From IMG/VR virus record IMGVR_UViG_3300033153_004031, positions 1 through 60,989 of that record: a stretch of 60,989 bases of DNA; one strand, given 5' to 3'. The stretch is from a virus (taxonomy: Duplodnaviria; Caudoviricetes). Made by a program: the position numbers and the translations under genes. Shown in pieces: positions 27,881 through 37,400 of the stretch; the first letter of the stretch is position 1, and each line of letters begins with the position of its first letter. The notes beneath the pieces were generated by a model. The model was not told the DNA's origin. It made no database searches and worked only from the letters and a program-made list of their open reading frames with translations.

Positions 27881-28200
27881 AAATCAAGGTGATCCACCAA
27901 CGTCTTTTGGTTATCCACCCATATCTGTGTCAGTATTTCACTAATCTGGCTTATCTGTGAGTGTGTTAGGCACAGCTCGTATATCTGGTTTATGGCCTCC
28001 ATCACCTCGTGAAGAAGCGTTGCTGTATGGTTTGTTCCCCCAATATTACGGCTTATCCAAATATCCCGGTTTATTCCGTCCGGGTTGAACATACCACGAA
28101 CGCAACACCCCTCGTCATCGTACCCGTCCAATTCTTCCTGGTCTTTGTACGAAACCCTAATCTGATGCGCTCCAATCTTGAAGGAAATATCATTCATCAC
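27877..28200 (-). CDS. Metallopeptidase-like phage protein (HExxE variant)
   Basis: TLLHEVMEAI. Confidence 0.65.
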   Translation of the reverse strand: MMNDISFKIGAHQIRVSYKDQEELDGYDDEGCCVRGMFNPDGINRDIWISRNIGGTNHTATLLHEVMEAINQIYELCLTHSQISQISEILTQIWVDNQKTLVDHLDL

Positions 28201-28291
28201 ATTTCATTCCGTAGCCCCAAAGCGTAAATGAGAAAAAGGATAACAAACGCTACGCAATAACCCATAATTAGGATGTTCGATAGGATGTGTT

Positions 28292-30172
28292 TCATTTAGT
28301 GAAGTATCCCCTCCCCAGTGGCCTCCCAAAATCCAACCCCCGTTCCCGAAGATATTGCACCACAAGGTTGATCGGGATAGCACCATTTAGGCCCGGGGAT
28401 TCAATATGTATTGCGTCATATACGATGCTGAACTCCGGTATCTCGTTCTGTCTGATTGTATATTTTGCGGTTTCCAGTGGATATTCCTCTTCAATTACAC
28501 TGAGAATAAAATCCTTCTGGTATAGGATTTTTCCCTCGCCGCTCTTATCTTTTAAGGCGCGTGGCTCTCCCGGGATAGGGGAAAACAACACTTCGCGCCC
28601 CACACCGGCGTTATGGAGCGCAACGACTTTTCCTTCCTGCTCCCCGTCTATTGCCCATACCGCACTACCGGAGGTCCCACCATACCCGGCAGTGGCATCG
28701 AACCATAGGCTTGTGTTTTTTAGCCAGTTATAAGCCACTTTATTTTTAAGGAGCTTCAAATACACACCCGCGTATACACTATCCAAAAAGGAAAAGCCCG
28801 TGATGGAGATAATGCCTTCTGTGGAATACTTTTGGAACAGACTCGGATTACCCACCATTAGAATTCTATCCCCGGCACGGATGTCGTCACTATTACCGAG
28901 CGGTGCTCCCATATATTTCATCCCTGTTACCGGGGTCGTGGTCATAATAGCGCAATCGAAATCCCAGGATAACACGGGTTCTCCGTCTACCTGGAGAACA
29001 GATGCAGGAGTCCCAAAATGGTCTGACACACTGGTGTAGCGCACGTATGGACGCCCCGGAAAAACGAACCACATTTGTTCAAGGTCTTTCGACACATATA
29101 ACGCCCCGTTCAGCGCATCGCTGGCAACATGGGCGTTGGTCAGCACAACCCCTTTTACACCGCTGTATTTACTGTCTCGATAATATCCCCACTCCCGTAA
29201 GCCGGGGAATCCCTTCGACTTGCTATCTTCCATAAAGGGGAAATTACCCAGAAATGTCCCGGTCCCGTGCCCCATCATCCAGAATAGGTCTAACTTGACG
29301 GTGCCGTAAAGGACATCAGCAAAGGTGGCGTTGCGAATGTCCCGCTTGGGCTTATCTTTATCCTTATCAAGTTCTTTGAGTTTGTTCTCCAGGGATTCAA
29401 TCTTTCTTTCAAGCTTGCCGACCTCTGCGGGTTTTTCTTTGTACTTGTCTTTTAGGTCGAAGTAGCCAGCCACGATATTCACTTTTCTATTATCCGGGAC
29501 GGGTTTTATCTCAACAATACCCCTCGGGTCATATCCTGTAATTAAGTTGTTATCCGGCTCCCCTTCGAGGTAAACACCCCAACCCAACATTGTTGGGTAA
29601 GTATCATCCCAAGATTCAAACCACAGTAGTTTTACATCGCTCGATGTATTCACGACGTTTTTTGAAATGGAATACCCATGCGCCTTAATCCGCGTTAGAA
29701 TTTCTTCTGCTTTAGGAAGTGATACATTGGCAACCTCGGATATAGACCGCACATCATCCTTGTATTTGTCTAAGTATGGATCGATTTCGTCTTCTTTGGT
29801 TTCGTAAACAACCAGCACGTTTTTTGGAAACTTGGCACCTTTCGGCGCAATGGCTCCAAGTGGGATGAACGTGTTGGCAATCGGGTCTATCCATTGGTTA
29901 ATGTCCGTTAAGTACCTGTTGTGTTTTGGTTCAGTGCGCCCCGCTTCTACCTCGCTGATTGCGGATTGGATTTCTTTTCTCACAAAATCAGCGTCGATTC
30001 GCTTTTCTTTTGGAAGGGGGGTGGTGAAATAAACGTGAAACACCGGATGGTGGAAGACCAGATGAACAGAACTCTGACGCGCCTTGTCGCGTACTTCGTC
30101 ATTAGCGGATAAGGGCGGAGGGGCACACAAAAGGCACACACTTAACAAAATTGTTAATATTTTATATTTCAT
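28292..30172 (-). CDS. Secreted trypsin-like serine protease
   Basis: Signal peptide; GTGTF, LTNAHV (His), DCAIM (Asp), GGTSGSAV (Ser); ATGA overlap with endolysin. Confidence 0.85.
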   Translation of the reverse strand: MKYKILTILLSVCLLCAPPPLSANDEVRDKARQSSVHLVFHHPVFHVYFTTPLPKEKRIDADFVRKEIQSAISEVEAGRTEPKHNRYLTDINQWIDPIANTFIPLGAIAPKGAKFPKNVLVVYETKEDEIDPYLDKYKDDVRSISEVANVSLPKAEEILTRIKAHGYSISKNVVNTSSDVKLLWFESWDDTYPTMLGWGVYLEGEPDNNLITGYDPRGIVEIKPVPDNRKVNIVAGYFDLKDKYKEKPAEVGKLERKIESLENKLKELDKDKDKPKRDIRNATFADVLYGTVKLDLFWMMGHGTGTFLGNFPFMEDSKSKGFPGLREWGYYRDSKYSGVKGVVLTNAHVASDALNGALYVSKDLEQMWFVFPGRPYVRYTSVSDHFGTPASVLQVDGEPVLSWDFDCAIMTTTPVTGMKYMGAPLGNSDDIRAGDRILMVGNPSLFQKYSTEGIISITGFSFLDSVYAGVYLKLLKNKVAYNWLKNTSLWFDATAGYGGTSGSAVWAIDGEQEGKVVALHNAGVGREVLFSPIPGEPRALKDKSGEGKILYQKDFILSVIEEEYPLETAKYTIRQNEIPEFSIVYDAIHIESPGLNGAIPINLVVQYLRERGLDFGRPLGRGYFTK

Positions 30173-30618
30173 GTTATATCCTCCTTGGCCAATAGGTTTG
30201 CGTTCTCTCTTGCCCTACGTCCCACCTGTTGGGCGTAGCGGCTATTTAACAACTCGTCGTGTGCTTTTAACCACTCCTTGTTTCTGAGCGCCGTAAGCAT
30301 TTTGACGAATGCCTTTACCTTGTGGATACCCATGTTAAATATCAGGTCGATGACAACTGCCCGCCGTACCGGGTCGAGGTCTAATCCAAGCCGGTCACAA
30401 TCCCGCTCGGCCACCCAGTAGTCGTAATCAAATATCTTCTCCCATATAGACTTTGGCAGCGCAGACCCATGGGCAAAGTGATGCCCCCATCCGCCAGTGG
30501 GAAAGCCAAGCGGATCGGTATACACCTTTTCGGAATACCCCTCGAACACCTTGATTCTATTGCGAATCCAGTCGTCTGTGATGATGTCTTTTGACAAAAT
30601 ATACCCCCCCGTCCCCAT
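30169..30618 (-). CDS. Endolysin, T4-like (GH24) lysozyme
   Basis: FEGYSEKVYTDPLGFPTGGWGH...RRAVVIDLIFNMG...NSRYAQQVGRRA. Confidence 0.9.
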   Translation of the reverse strand: MGTGGYILSKDIITDDWIRNRIKVFEGYSEKVYTDPLGFPTGGWGHHFAHGSALPKSIWEKIFDYDYWVAERDCDRLGLDLDPVRRAVVIDLIFNMGIHKVKAFVKMLTALRNKEWLKAHDELLNSRYAQQVGRRARENANLLAKEDIT

Positions 30619-30621
30619 AAT

Positions 30622-30650
30622 AAAACAAAAAAGCCCCGCTAACAGGGCTT
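30622..30650 (-). terminator. Intrinsic terminator just upstream of the endolysin gene
   Basis: Minus strand AAGCCCTG-TTAG-CGGGGCTT followed by T-rich run. Confidence 0.75.
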
Positions 30651-30837
30651 AGTCTTCAAAGTTATATTTGATCTTTTTCATGGCTTTTTCAACAGCGATA
30701 ATCTGGTCTGTGATTAGCTCAATGGATCGTTCGGTTTTCAGCAATTCCTTGTGGTCGTTTTTCAGGCGAGACTTAATCACTGCCAGATTGTGAGCCAAAT
30801 CCTGCTTTCTCCTGACTAGGTTCACTATCTCGCTCAT
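30649..30837 (-). CDS. Small coiled-coil protein
   Basis: GAGGAGG RBS; heptad-like pattern. Confidence 0.6.
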   Translation of the reverse strand: MSEIVNLVRRKQDLAHNLAVIKSRLKNDHKELLKTERSIELITDQIIAVEKAMKKIKYNFED

Positions 30838-31225
30838 TTAGAGCCTCCTCGTCTTCAAACCATGTTTTACACATGTGGCACTCGTAGATCACAGCCCTTA
30901 ACCGCGCCCTATCGTTGCCACACCTAGGACACTCGGGGGTTCTCATCCAACACCTCCAATGCGTACCCGTTTTAATTGCTTACGGCGGCCAGGTCGTTCA
31001 CCCGTGCGATGATCGGATGTTACCATTCGGCACCCAGTGGAATTACGCCGCCCGTCTGCGACCACCACATCCCCGCGTCTACGCCTTAGTGACGAAGTGC
31101 CCTCGCTGCGCCGTAAGCAATTTTGTTTGGTTGTTGGAATCACCGCCTCCAAGCCGCACACGCCACAAATCCAAGCATTCGAATCTTCCCATTTAAACAA
31201 CGCCGACCTGCAATAGGGGCATTCC

Positions 31226-31477
31226 CTATTGTCCCTTATGACGCTCATGGCATTCTTTTAAAAACTTGTCCCAGGTTTCCTTCCACTCGGTTCTGGTGAC
31301 ATAATTCGGCATCCCGTTGTGGCCGATCAGCATTTCCTTCAACTCCTGGATGTCGTCCCCCTGCCGCTTCAATTCCTTCTTTTGGTTCTGCCCCTCCTGC
31401 TTCATTGCGCCCCATCCTGCACCAACCCCTATGAGCGCCACAACCGTTGGAAACCAGATCGCGAGTTCTGTCATCAC
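31226..31477 (-). CDS. Membrane-anchored coiled-coil protein of the lysis region
   Basis: N-terminal TM (IWFPTVVALIGVGAGWG) then coiled coil. Confidence 0.65.
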   Translation of the reverse strand: MMTELAIWFPTVVALIGVGAGWGAMKQEGQNQKKELKRQGDDIQELKEMLIGHNGMPNYVTRTEWKETWDKFLKECHERHKGQ

Positions 31478-31487
31478 AACGCCTCCA

Positions 31488-32576
31488 CTACGCCGGCCGG
31501 ATATACACTGCGGCCTCCTGGCCGATCCCAGACATGCGGTTCAGTTCCACCATCCCGCAGATGAAACGGTTCTCATTTAACCCCCCACAACTTACCGGGT
31601 CAAACCAACTGAGCTTGTAATCTCTCGGGGAAAACTCCCCCGCTCCGAGCGGCCCGGGCCTGCTGGTGTAAAGAATCCATCGGTCTTCGTCAGGGTCTTT
31701 GAGGACGTATTCCGTGGCCTGTCTCGCTGTCCAGGGCATGGCTACAAACTCGTTAATCCTCGGGATCAACTTGGATATCGTGGCCTGAAAACCGATCTGT
31801 CGAAAATCCGTATCGGACAGGTGCCCGAATCGCGTTGTGCCCCGAGTGTAAACCATCACCCCCCGGCAGCCGGTCATGAACACCGCCCAGTTCTTTTTCC
31901 GCATGATCGCCCCGCTCCCGTACCAATCCATATCTGGGTGCGTTGATTCGCTCAGTATCAGCTCGTACCGGCCCCGGGCCTCCGCTATCGCATTGGTCAG
32001 GCCGTGATAAATCGCGTGGCGGTCCGGGCCGATCCACTGAATCATGAACAGGTCAATGTTTGGATCGTCACCGAAATCGAACTGAAGGCCGCTGTTCTGA
32101 TGAATCCCCACCGTGTGCCGCCTCTGGTCGTACTGTTTGAGCAATGCCGCAATCTGGGATGCCCGGTTTTGATGGATGGCCTCCCGGTATTCCTCCCCGA
32201 CTACCCACACCAAACGCTCAATGTCACCGAAATAATAAACCAACTGCTGAATGTATTGCAGCTCCGCTGGTGTCACCTTGGCACCTGAATTGAACGGGTC
32301 GGAACCATCGTCGTGCAGGAATAGGAACGTCCACACCCCGCCGGAACTAGCCTTCTGGATGAATGCCCGCCAATCGGTCATCCGGTTCGGGTCCAAGGGT
32401 TTACTCGGATCGCCGCCGATGAACGGGTTGCCGTCGAAATCAGAAAAAGACGACGCATGGCAATACAGGGCGTTTACCTTAGAAGCAATGCAACGGTCCA
32501 AGATTTGGTGCTTGTTCGGCAGCCACAGCAGATTCTCCGGGTCGCCGAGGCCGCTGATTTTTTCGTTTAGCAACAT
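31488..32576 (-). CDS. Glycoside-hydrolase-like TIM-barrel protein with C-terminal beta domain
   Basis: LVWVVGEEY and LILSE candidate catalytic Glu, TVGIH, C-terminal YKLSWFDP. Confidence 0.6.
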   Translation of the reverse strand: MLLNEKISGLGDPENLLWLPNKHQILDRCIASKVNALYCHASSFSDFDGNPFIGGDPSKPLDPNRMTDWRAFIQKASSGGVWTFLFLHDDGSDPFNSGAKVTPAELQYIQQLVYYFGDIERLVWVVGEEYREAIHQNRASQIAALLKQYDQRRHTVGIHQNSGLQFDFGDDPNIDLFMIQWIGPDRHAIYHGLTNAIAEARGRYELILSESTHPDMDWYGSGAIMRKKNWAVFMTGCRGVMVYTRGTTRFGHLSDTDFRQIGFQATISKLIPRINEFVAMPWTARQATEYVLKDPDEDRWILYTSRPGPLGAGEFSPRDYKLSWFDPVSCGGLNENRFICGMVELNRMSGIGQEAAVYIRPA

Positions 32577-32669
32577 TCGCTTATTACCTATTCTTTTTCA
32601 TCTGGTAATAAATAACGCCGAACACAGCGCCGATAAAAAGGATCATAATAATTGCATCGGTCATAATTT

Positions 32670-33083
32670 CTACTCCTTGTTTTTGACGGCCTTCACACCG
32701 CCCTGGAAAGCGTACATACCAAAATAAAAAATCACTACCGCCATGGTGGGCGTGCTCAATAGTTTGAGCAGGTCGATCAGCACCTGGCACCAAGTGGGAT
32801 CAAACCGCCAGATAGCACCCGCTGTAATCACCATGGTAAGGAACGTTCCGCAAAACATGAACGACAAGTACCGCCGCGTCAGGCCCTTGGACGTGTCCTC
32901 TTTTGCCAACACTTCCATGAGTTTGATATGGCTTTCGATAATCTTGTAGTTCAGTTCGGCTTTTTCCTCCTTGGTAAACCACACCTTATCGATCCCGGCT
33001 ACTACACCGTCTGTGGCCCTACCCACTACGTCCAACGCCTTCTCCGCCGTTTTTCCTGTTTGGAAAATGTCCCAGAATCCCAT
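32670..33083 (-). CDS. Putative holin
   Basis: IDKVWFTKEEKAE...TRRYLS then two TM helices, FYFG, basic tail. Confidence 0.7.
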   Translation of the reverse strand: MGFWDIFQTGKTAEKALDVVGRATDGVVAGIDKVWFTKEEKAELNYKIIESHIKLMEVLAKEDTSKGLTRRYLSFMFCGTFLTMVITAGAIWRFDPTWCQVLIDLLKLLSTPTMAVVIFYFGMYAFQGGVKAVKNKE

Positions 33084-33181
33084 GCTCCCCCCTTAAAACC
33101 CTAAGTCGATCTGGTTTACCCAATGCACCAAGTATGCAATTGCAATTGTTACACCTAGTGCTACACCTATGAGTAACTTCT

Positions 33182-34069
33182 TCATATCTTCCTTAACTCC
33201 CCGAAGAACCAATCCGTTGCCGGGCCGGGGTTCGGGTATTTGACGTGCGGGTTCGGTATCCGGTTCCCGAAAAACTCGTGGCTATACAACCAGAACCCGC
33301 CGTATTTATTTCTCAAATGCCGCAAGTAATTTATCAGTGAGAACTCGTCGTGGAACCACTCGCACCACACCCCAGGGACAATGGTTGGTTTAACCTTGTT
33401 CCGTTTGTACGTAAAAGCCCATTTCTTGCGCTCCCACCACGATATGTCACCCTGGTATGTTTCCTGCGTGAAGTGGTGTAATTGTCCCGGATACTGCCGC
33501 ATAGTCCAACCGCCGGAGTACGGCATCTGTCCGTGGATTTGTATCCCGGAATGATCCAACTGCTTCCTGGTGAGCCCGGCATGCACCTTCCACAGGTCTT
33601 CCATGCTGTATTTTATACAAATAGGGCAATAACACCGATGCTCGGGGCCACCGAGGGAGTGGTAGAACGGCACAATGTCGGGCGCGTCTTTTTCAAGGTG
33701 TTCCAAGTCCCAGATGATACCATCAGCGCCGACTTCCTTGGCAAACCACATGGCATGGTTAGTGCGCTCGTTTATGTACGTCTTACTGGTAGGACACGGA
33801 GTCCGGGCCAGTAGCCTCCCGTCCTGTGTCTGCCATCGGTGCTCCACCCTCACCTTTGTCCACGGGCGAATCCACAAGGGGACAATCAGGATACGGCATC
33901 GGTCTTTATACCTGTTAATAGTATCAATAATGGTATCACGGGAGTCGTAGTAATTACTCGGCGCGTCCCACGGCAGGTCGTGGCAGGTGACAAGCAAGGT
34001 GTCGATGCCGGCGTCCACCAGTTTGTCAATGTACTCATAATTCGGCCAGAGAATGTATGCCGCTTTCAT
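33182..34069 (-). CDS. Glycoside-hydrolase-like TIM-barrel protein
   Basis: AGIDTLLV, PCP, ADGIIWDLE, CYCPIC, GGFWLY. Confidence 0.55.
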   Translation of the reverse strand: MKAAYILWPNYEYIDKLVDAGIDTLLVTCHDLPWDAPSNYYDSRDTIIDTINRYKDRCRILIVPLWIRPWTKVRVEHRWQTQDGRLLARTPCPTSKTYINERTNHAMWFAKEVGADGIIWDLEHLEKDAPDIVPFYHSLGGPEHRCYCPICIKYSMEDLWKVHAGLTRKQLDHSGIQIHGQMPYSGGWTMRQYPGQLHHFTQETYQGDISWWERKKWAFTYKRNKVKPTIVPGVWCEWFHDEFSLINYLRHLRNKYGGFWLYSHEFFGNRIPNPHVKYPNPGPATDWFFGELRKI

Positions 34070-34071
34070 TT

Positions 34072-34404
34072 TTAGACCATGAACCCTCTTAGGGTTAATT
34101 CAGTGATTGCAGAATCCCCCGCCGCACCGACAACAAGGTTGGCGGCATTTCCAGTTGTGCATTTTATCGGATGGAAAAACTCCGCCTTTCTCTCGTCCCC
34201 GCGCACGGAGGCATCCCCGAAATAGGTTTGATAGACAGTTGTCGTACCATCCTGGATCGCAATGGAAACGTCTCCCGTCACGTCAGCAGCACGAACGGTC
34301 ACGCAAAAACCGGTAATATAGTGGGTTCTGCCAGTCTTGGCGCCCCTCGTGATCGTCTTTGCGGTATTTGCGCTACTCGTGCCGGTAACAGTCCAATGTT
34401 GCAT
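34072..34404 (-). CDS. Small beta-rich putative virion protein
   Basis: Thr/Gly/Ala-rich; GGAGG RBS. Confidence 0.65.
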   Translation of the reverse strand: MQHWTVTGTSSANTAKTITRGAKTGRTHYITGFCVTVRAADVTGDVSIAIQDGTTTVYQTYFGDASVRGDERKAEFFHPIKCTTGNAANLVVGAAGDSAITELTLRGFMV

Positions 34405-34490
34405 TTTTTAGTCCTCCCCTATCTTTTCATTCGGTAAACCATTTGGAAAGATTTGTCAACCTATTTTTCGTTTTGTGTTCCGTCTGGGAA

Positions 34491-37400
34491 TTATTGATAT
34501 TTTTTATATTCATCATACACACGCTTGAAAATCCGGTTTCGGCGCTCGTACAGGGCGTCTAATCGCTTTGTTTTTTGTTCTTTGGACAGCATCGGGTTCG
34601 TCCAGATACGGCGCATGGCGCGGTTGATTTGTTGTATATTGGTACGGGATTTATTCATCCGCTTCCTGAAGGCGATTTTGGTGCGGTTGTCCAGGACCAG
34701 TTTTCTCGCCTCGGCAATGTCCCCTGTTTGCCTGTAATGCGATGCTGTTTTAACGAGTTCGTCAAGATCGCGGAATATCTCGTAAAACTCCTTCTGGTAC
34801 TTCGTGTGCCTGGCTGGCCCCCCTTGCCTGATAAACCGCCCAACCAGCGGGTAATCATCAATGCGCTTTTCCGGCCTATCCGGGACAGCCCCTGTTGCTT
34901 CAAGGGCGATGTCTGCGGCCCCCAGTATAAACTTGCCAAACGTGGCGAAATACCCATTGATAAGGGCTTCCGCACGCTTGGGGGGAACATTGAGTTTGTC
35001 GCCTAGAATCTTCAGAGTCTCCGATGTCCACGGGTTGGCCTGTTGCCCACCCCTTAGACCCTCAAGGTGATACGGCACAATAGGTCTCCCGGTGAAGCTG
35101 GATTTGTTCGCCCATTGTTCTATCATCGGCACAACGGCCTGCGGGGGACCGATGGCGAATGTCTCGAATAATGTGTGACCAATAAAATCTGCGACGTGTT
35201 TTGTCCCCGTATTGCCGTATGCGGTATTAGCAATCGCAACCGGGAGGGCCATTGTTACGGCACCCACTTCAAACGGGTTTGGGATGCGGTAATGCTTGTC
35301 GCCTATCCAAAAATGCGTGTACCCCCACTTATCCCAGTCTTCCAGTTCCTTATACCGCTCATCATCCTTGTATAACCACCACAGCGCAAGGGCCGCCATT
35401 GACAACCCGGTGCCACGCATCATAAAGTTGCGACGGTTCTCCACGTCCACGGCGGCGCTTCCCAATTTATATAGCCCTTGCATACGGGCGTTCAGGAACG
35501 GCACCGTCTGGATCAGGAACTGGACTATGTTGGATTGCCCGCTCATGGAAAAATCCAACAAGTCTTTGGCGGCGAACCCTGCCTTCCCGTGTGGTACTCC
35601 AGCGGCCCGCTTCCTTGTGTACAGAGCAACACGGGCGGCGTTTTCCGATGCGGACCCTATCTTTTCCCAAAAGTCCAGCAACTGCCTCGGTGTCCTCAAT
35701 ATCCTGTCCACCGCCCCTTTTCCCTCACGCTTGAGAATACGATCAATATATTTAGACACCGCTTCTGGGTCTTCAGCCCGAATGTACGAAGAACCAAACG
35801 AAAACCCCCCGGCAGAAAATTCGACAAAATCCTGGTCTTCCTTCATGGCCTTGACAAACCCCTTGGCACTATCAATAAACGGCCTAAAGGATTTATCCAG
35901 CATGGCAACGTGCATAGTGTCACGAATCATATTGGCGACACGAAACGCAGGGCCGAATGTCGCACCGTATGTCAGCCACTTTTTGGTCTTCCCAAGCATC
36001 CGCATGGCAATGTTGTCGAACTGTTTGATGTTAAGGCCAAGAAGGGCGTTGTATAGCGACTCGTCGTGCACGAGGAAGTTGACCGGCTTGCCGTTTTCCT
36101 GAAAGGTCAACAACCGCTCCGCCTCGGCCTTTTTGAGGTACCTGCGCTTGCCTTTCTTGTCCTTGTACCAGAAAATATCCGTCGGCTTGACCTTGACCTT
36201 ACCAGTCTTTTTGTCCTTGACTTTTTTTGCCACCCGATGCACACGGGTCACAAGCCCACTGTTCGTTTGCTCCGCCTGTTTGAACGCTTCTGCCCGAGCC
36301 ACGTTCCGCATGGACTCTCCAATGATGTGCGTCCAGTTTCGGAGCACGTTTTCAAGCGGGTTGCCGATCTTACGTCCTGACCCGATCAATTTCTTTATCT
36401 TGGCGGAAATATATTTGTCATTCCGATGAGGATAGCGTGCATACTCTTGGGCCGTGACTTCATCCTCGAATATCCGGTTGAACGGCAGGTAGTACCACTG
36501 CTCCCACGCCTTGCGTTCTTCCGGGTTAATCAACCCAGACTTTTCACCGACATCTAAGACAGACTTTATAAAACGTTGAAACTCTTTATTTGCGGCCTCA
36601 TAATCCGCCCGGTCTTTGCCGCCAGCCCACTCGAAAATCCTATCCCTGACATCCTTGGTGAGCAAGAACTCCTTGCCTTCCGCCTCAAGCCTTTCAGCGC
36701 GTTTGGCCGCAACCCATTTCAGGAACTTGTCGTAATCATCCAGCCCACGAAAGAGCTTGAGCAATCCGTTGTTGCGCTCACCGGAATATAAATACCCGGC
36801 GTCATCCATCTTGAGCGTACCGTGTTCAAGAATCACGGCCATCGATGCGTTTGTGCCGGTTGCCGTTCTGTATAACTCGTAGGCTTCTTCACCGAGCATG
36901 ACTTTTATGGGGTGTAGTTTATCCACCAGTTTTGTAATGGCGGCATCGCGGGCCTCTTTGGTTTTTGCGTAGTCCAGGGTTTTAGTCAATTTTTCACGGA
37001 ACGTGGATTTCTTGGCACCGAAATACTCGTCGAACCGCCCGGACGGTTTTCTATCCATGACCTCCGCTATCTGCCCCTGCTCTGCCACACCTACGCCCGG
37101 CCTCCCTTCCCGCTCCAACATCTTCCCGGTTTCAATATCCCGCAACACCCCACGGAACGTCCGTATCCCGATCTTATTTACAAGCGTGTCGATAAAATCC
37201 TTAATTTTTTCAATAATCTTCTGGATACCTTTTGGATTATCCCGCCGCCCCATCGCATCGGCTACGGCTTGCGCCCGGCCTTCTGCACCCGGCTTGTAAT
37301 TGCCTTTCTTTGCGTGTTTGTTTAACAACGCCATCTCAACAGGGTTGAACGCCCCGATGTTTTCCAAGAGATGTTGCATCTCATGATCCCACGTGTTCTG

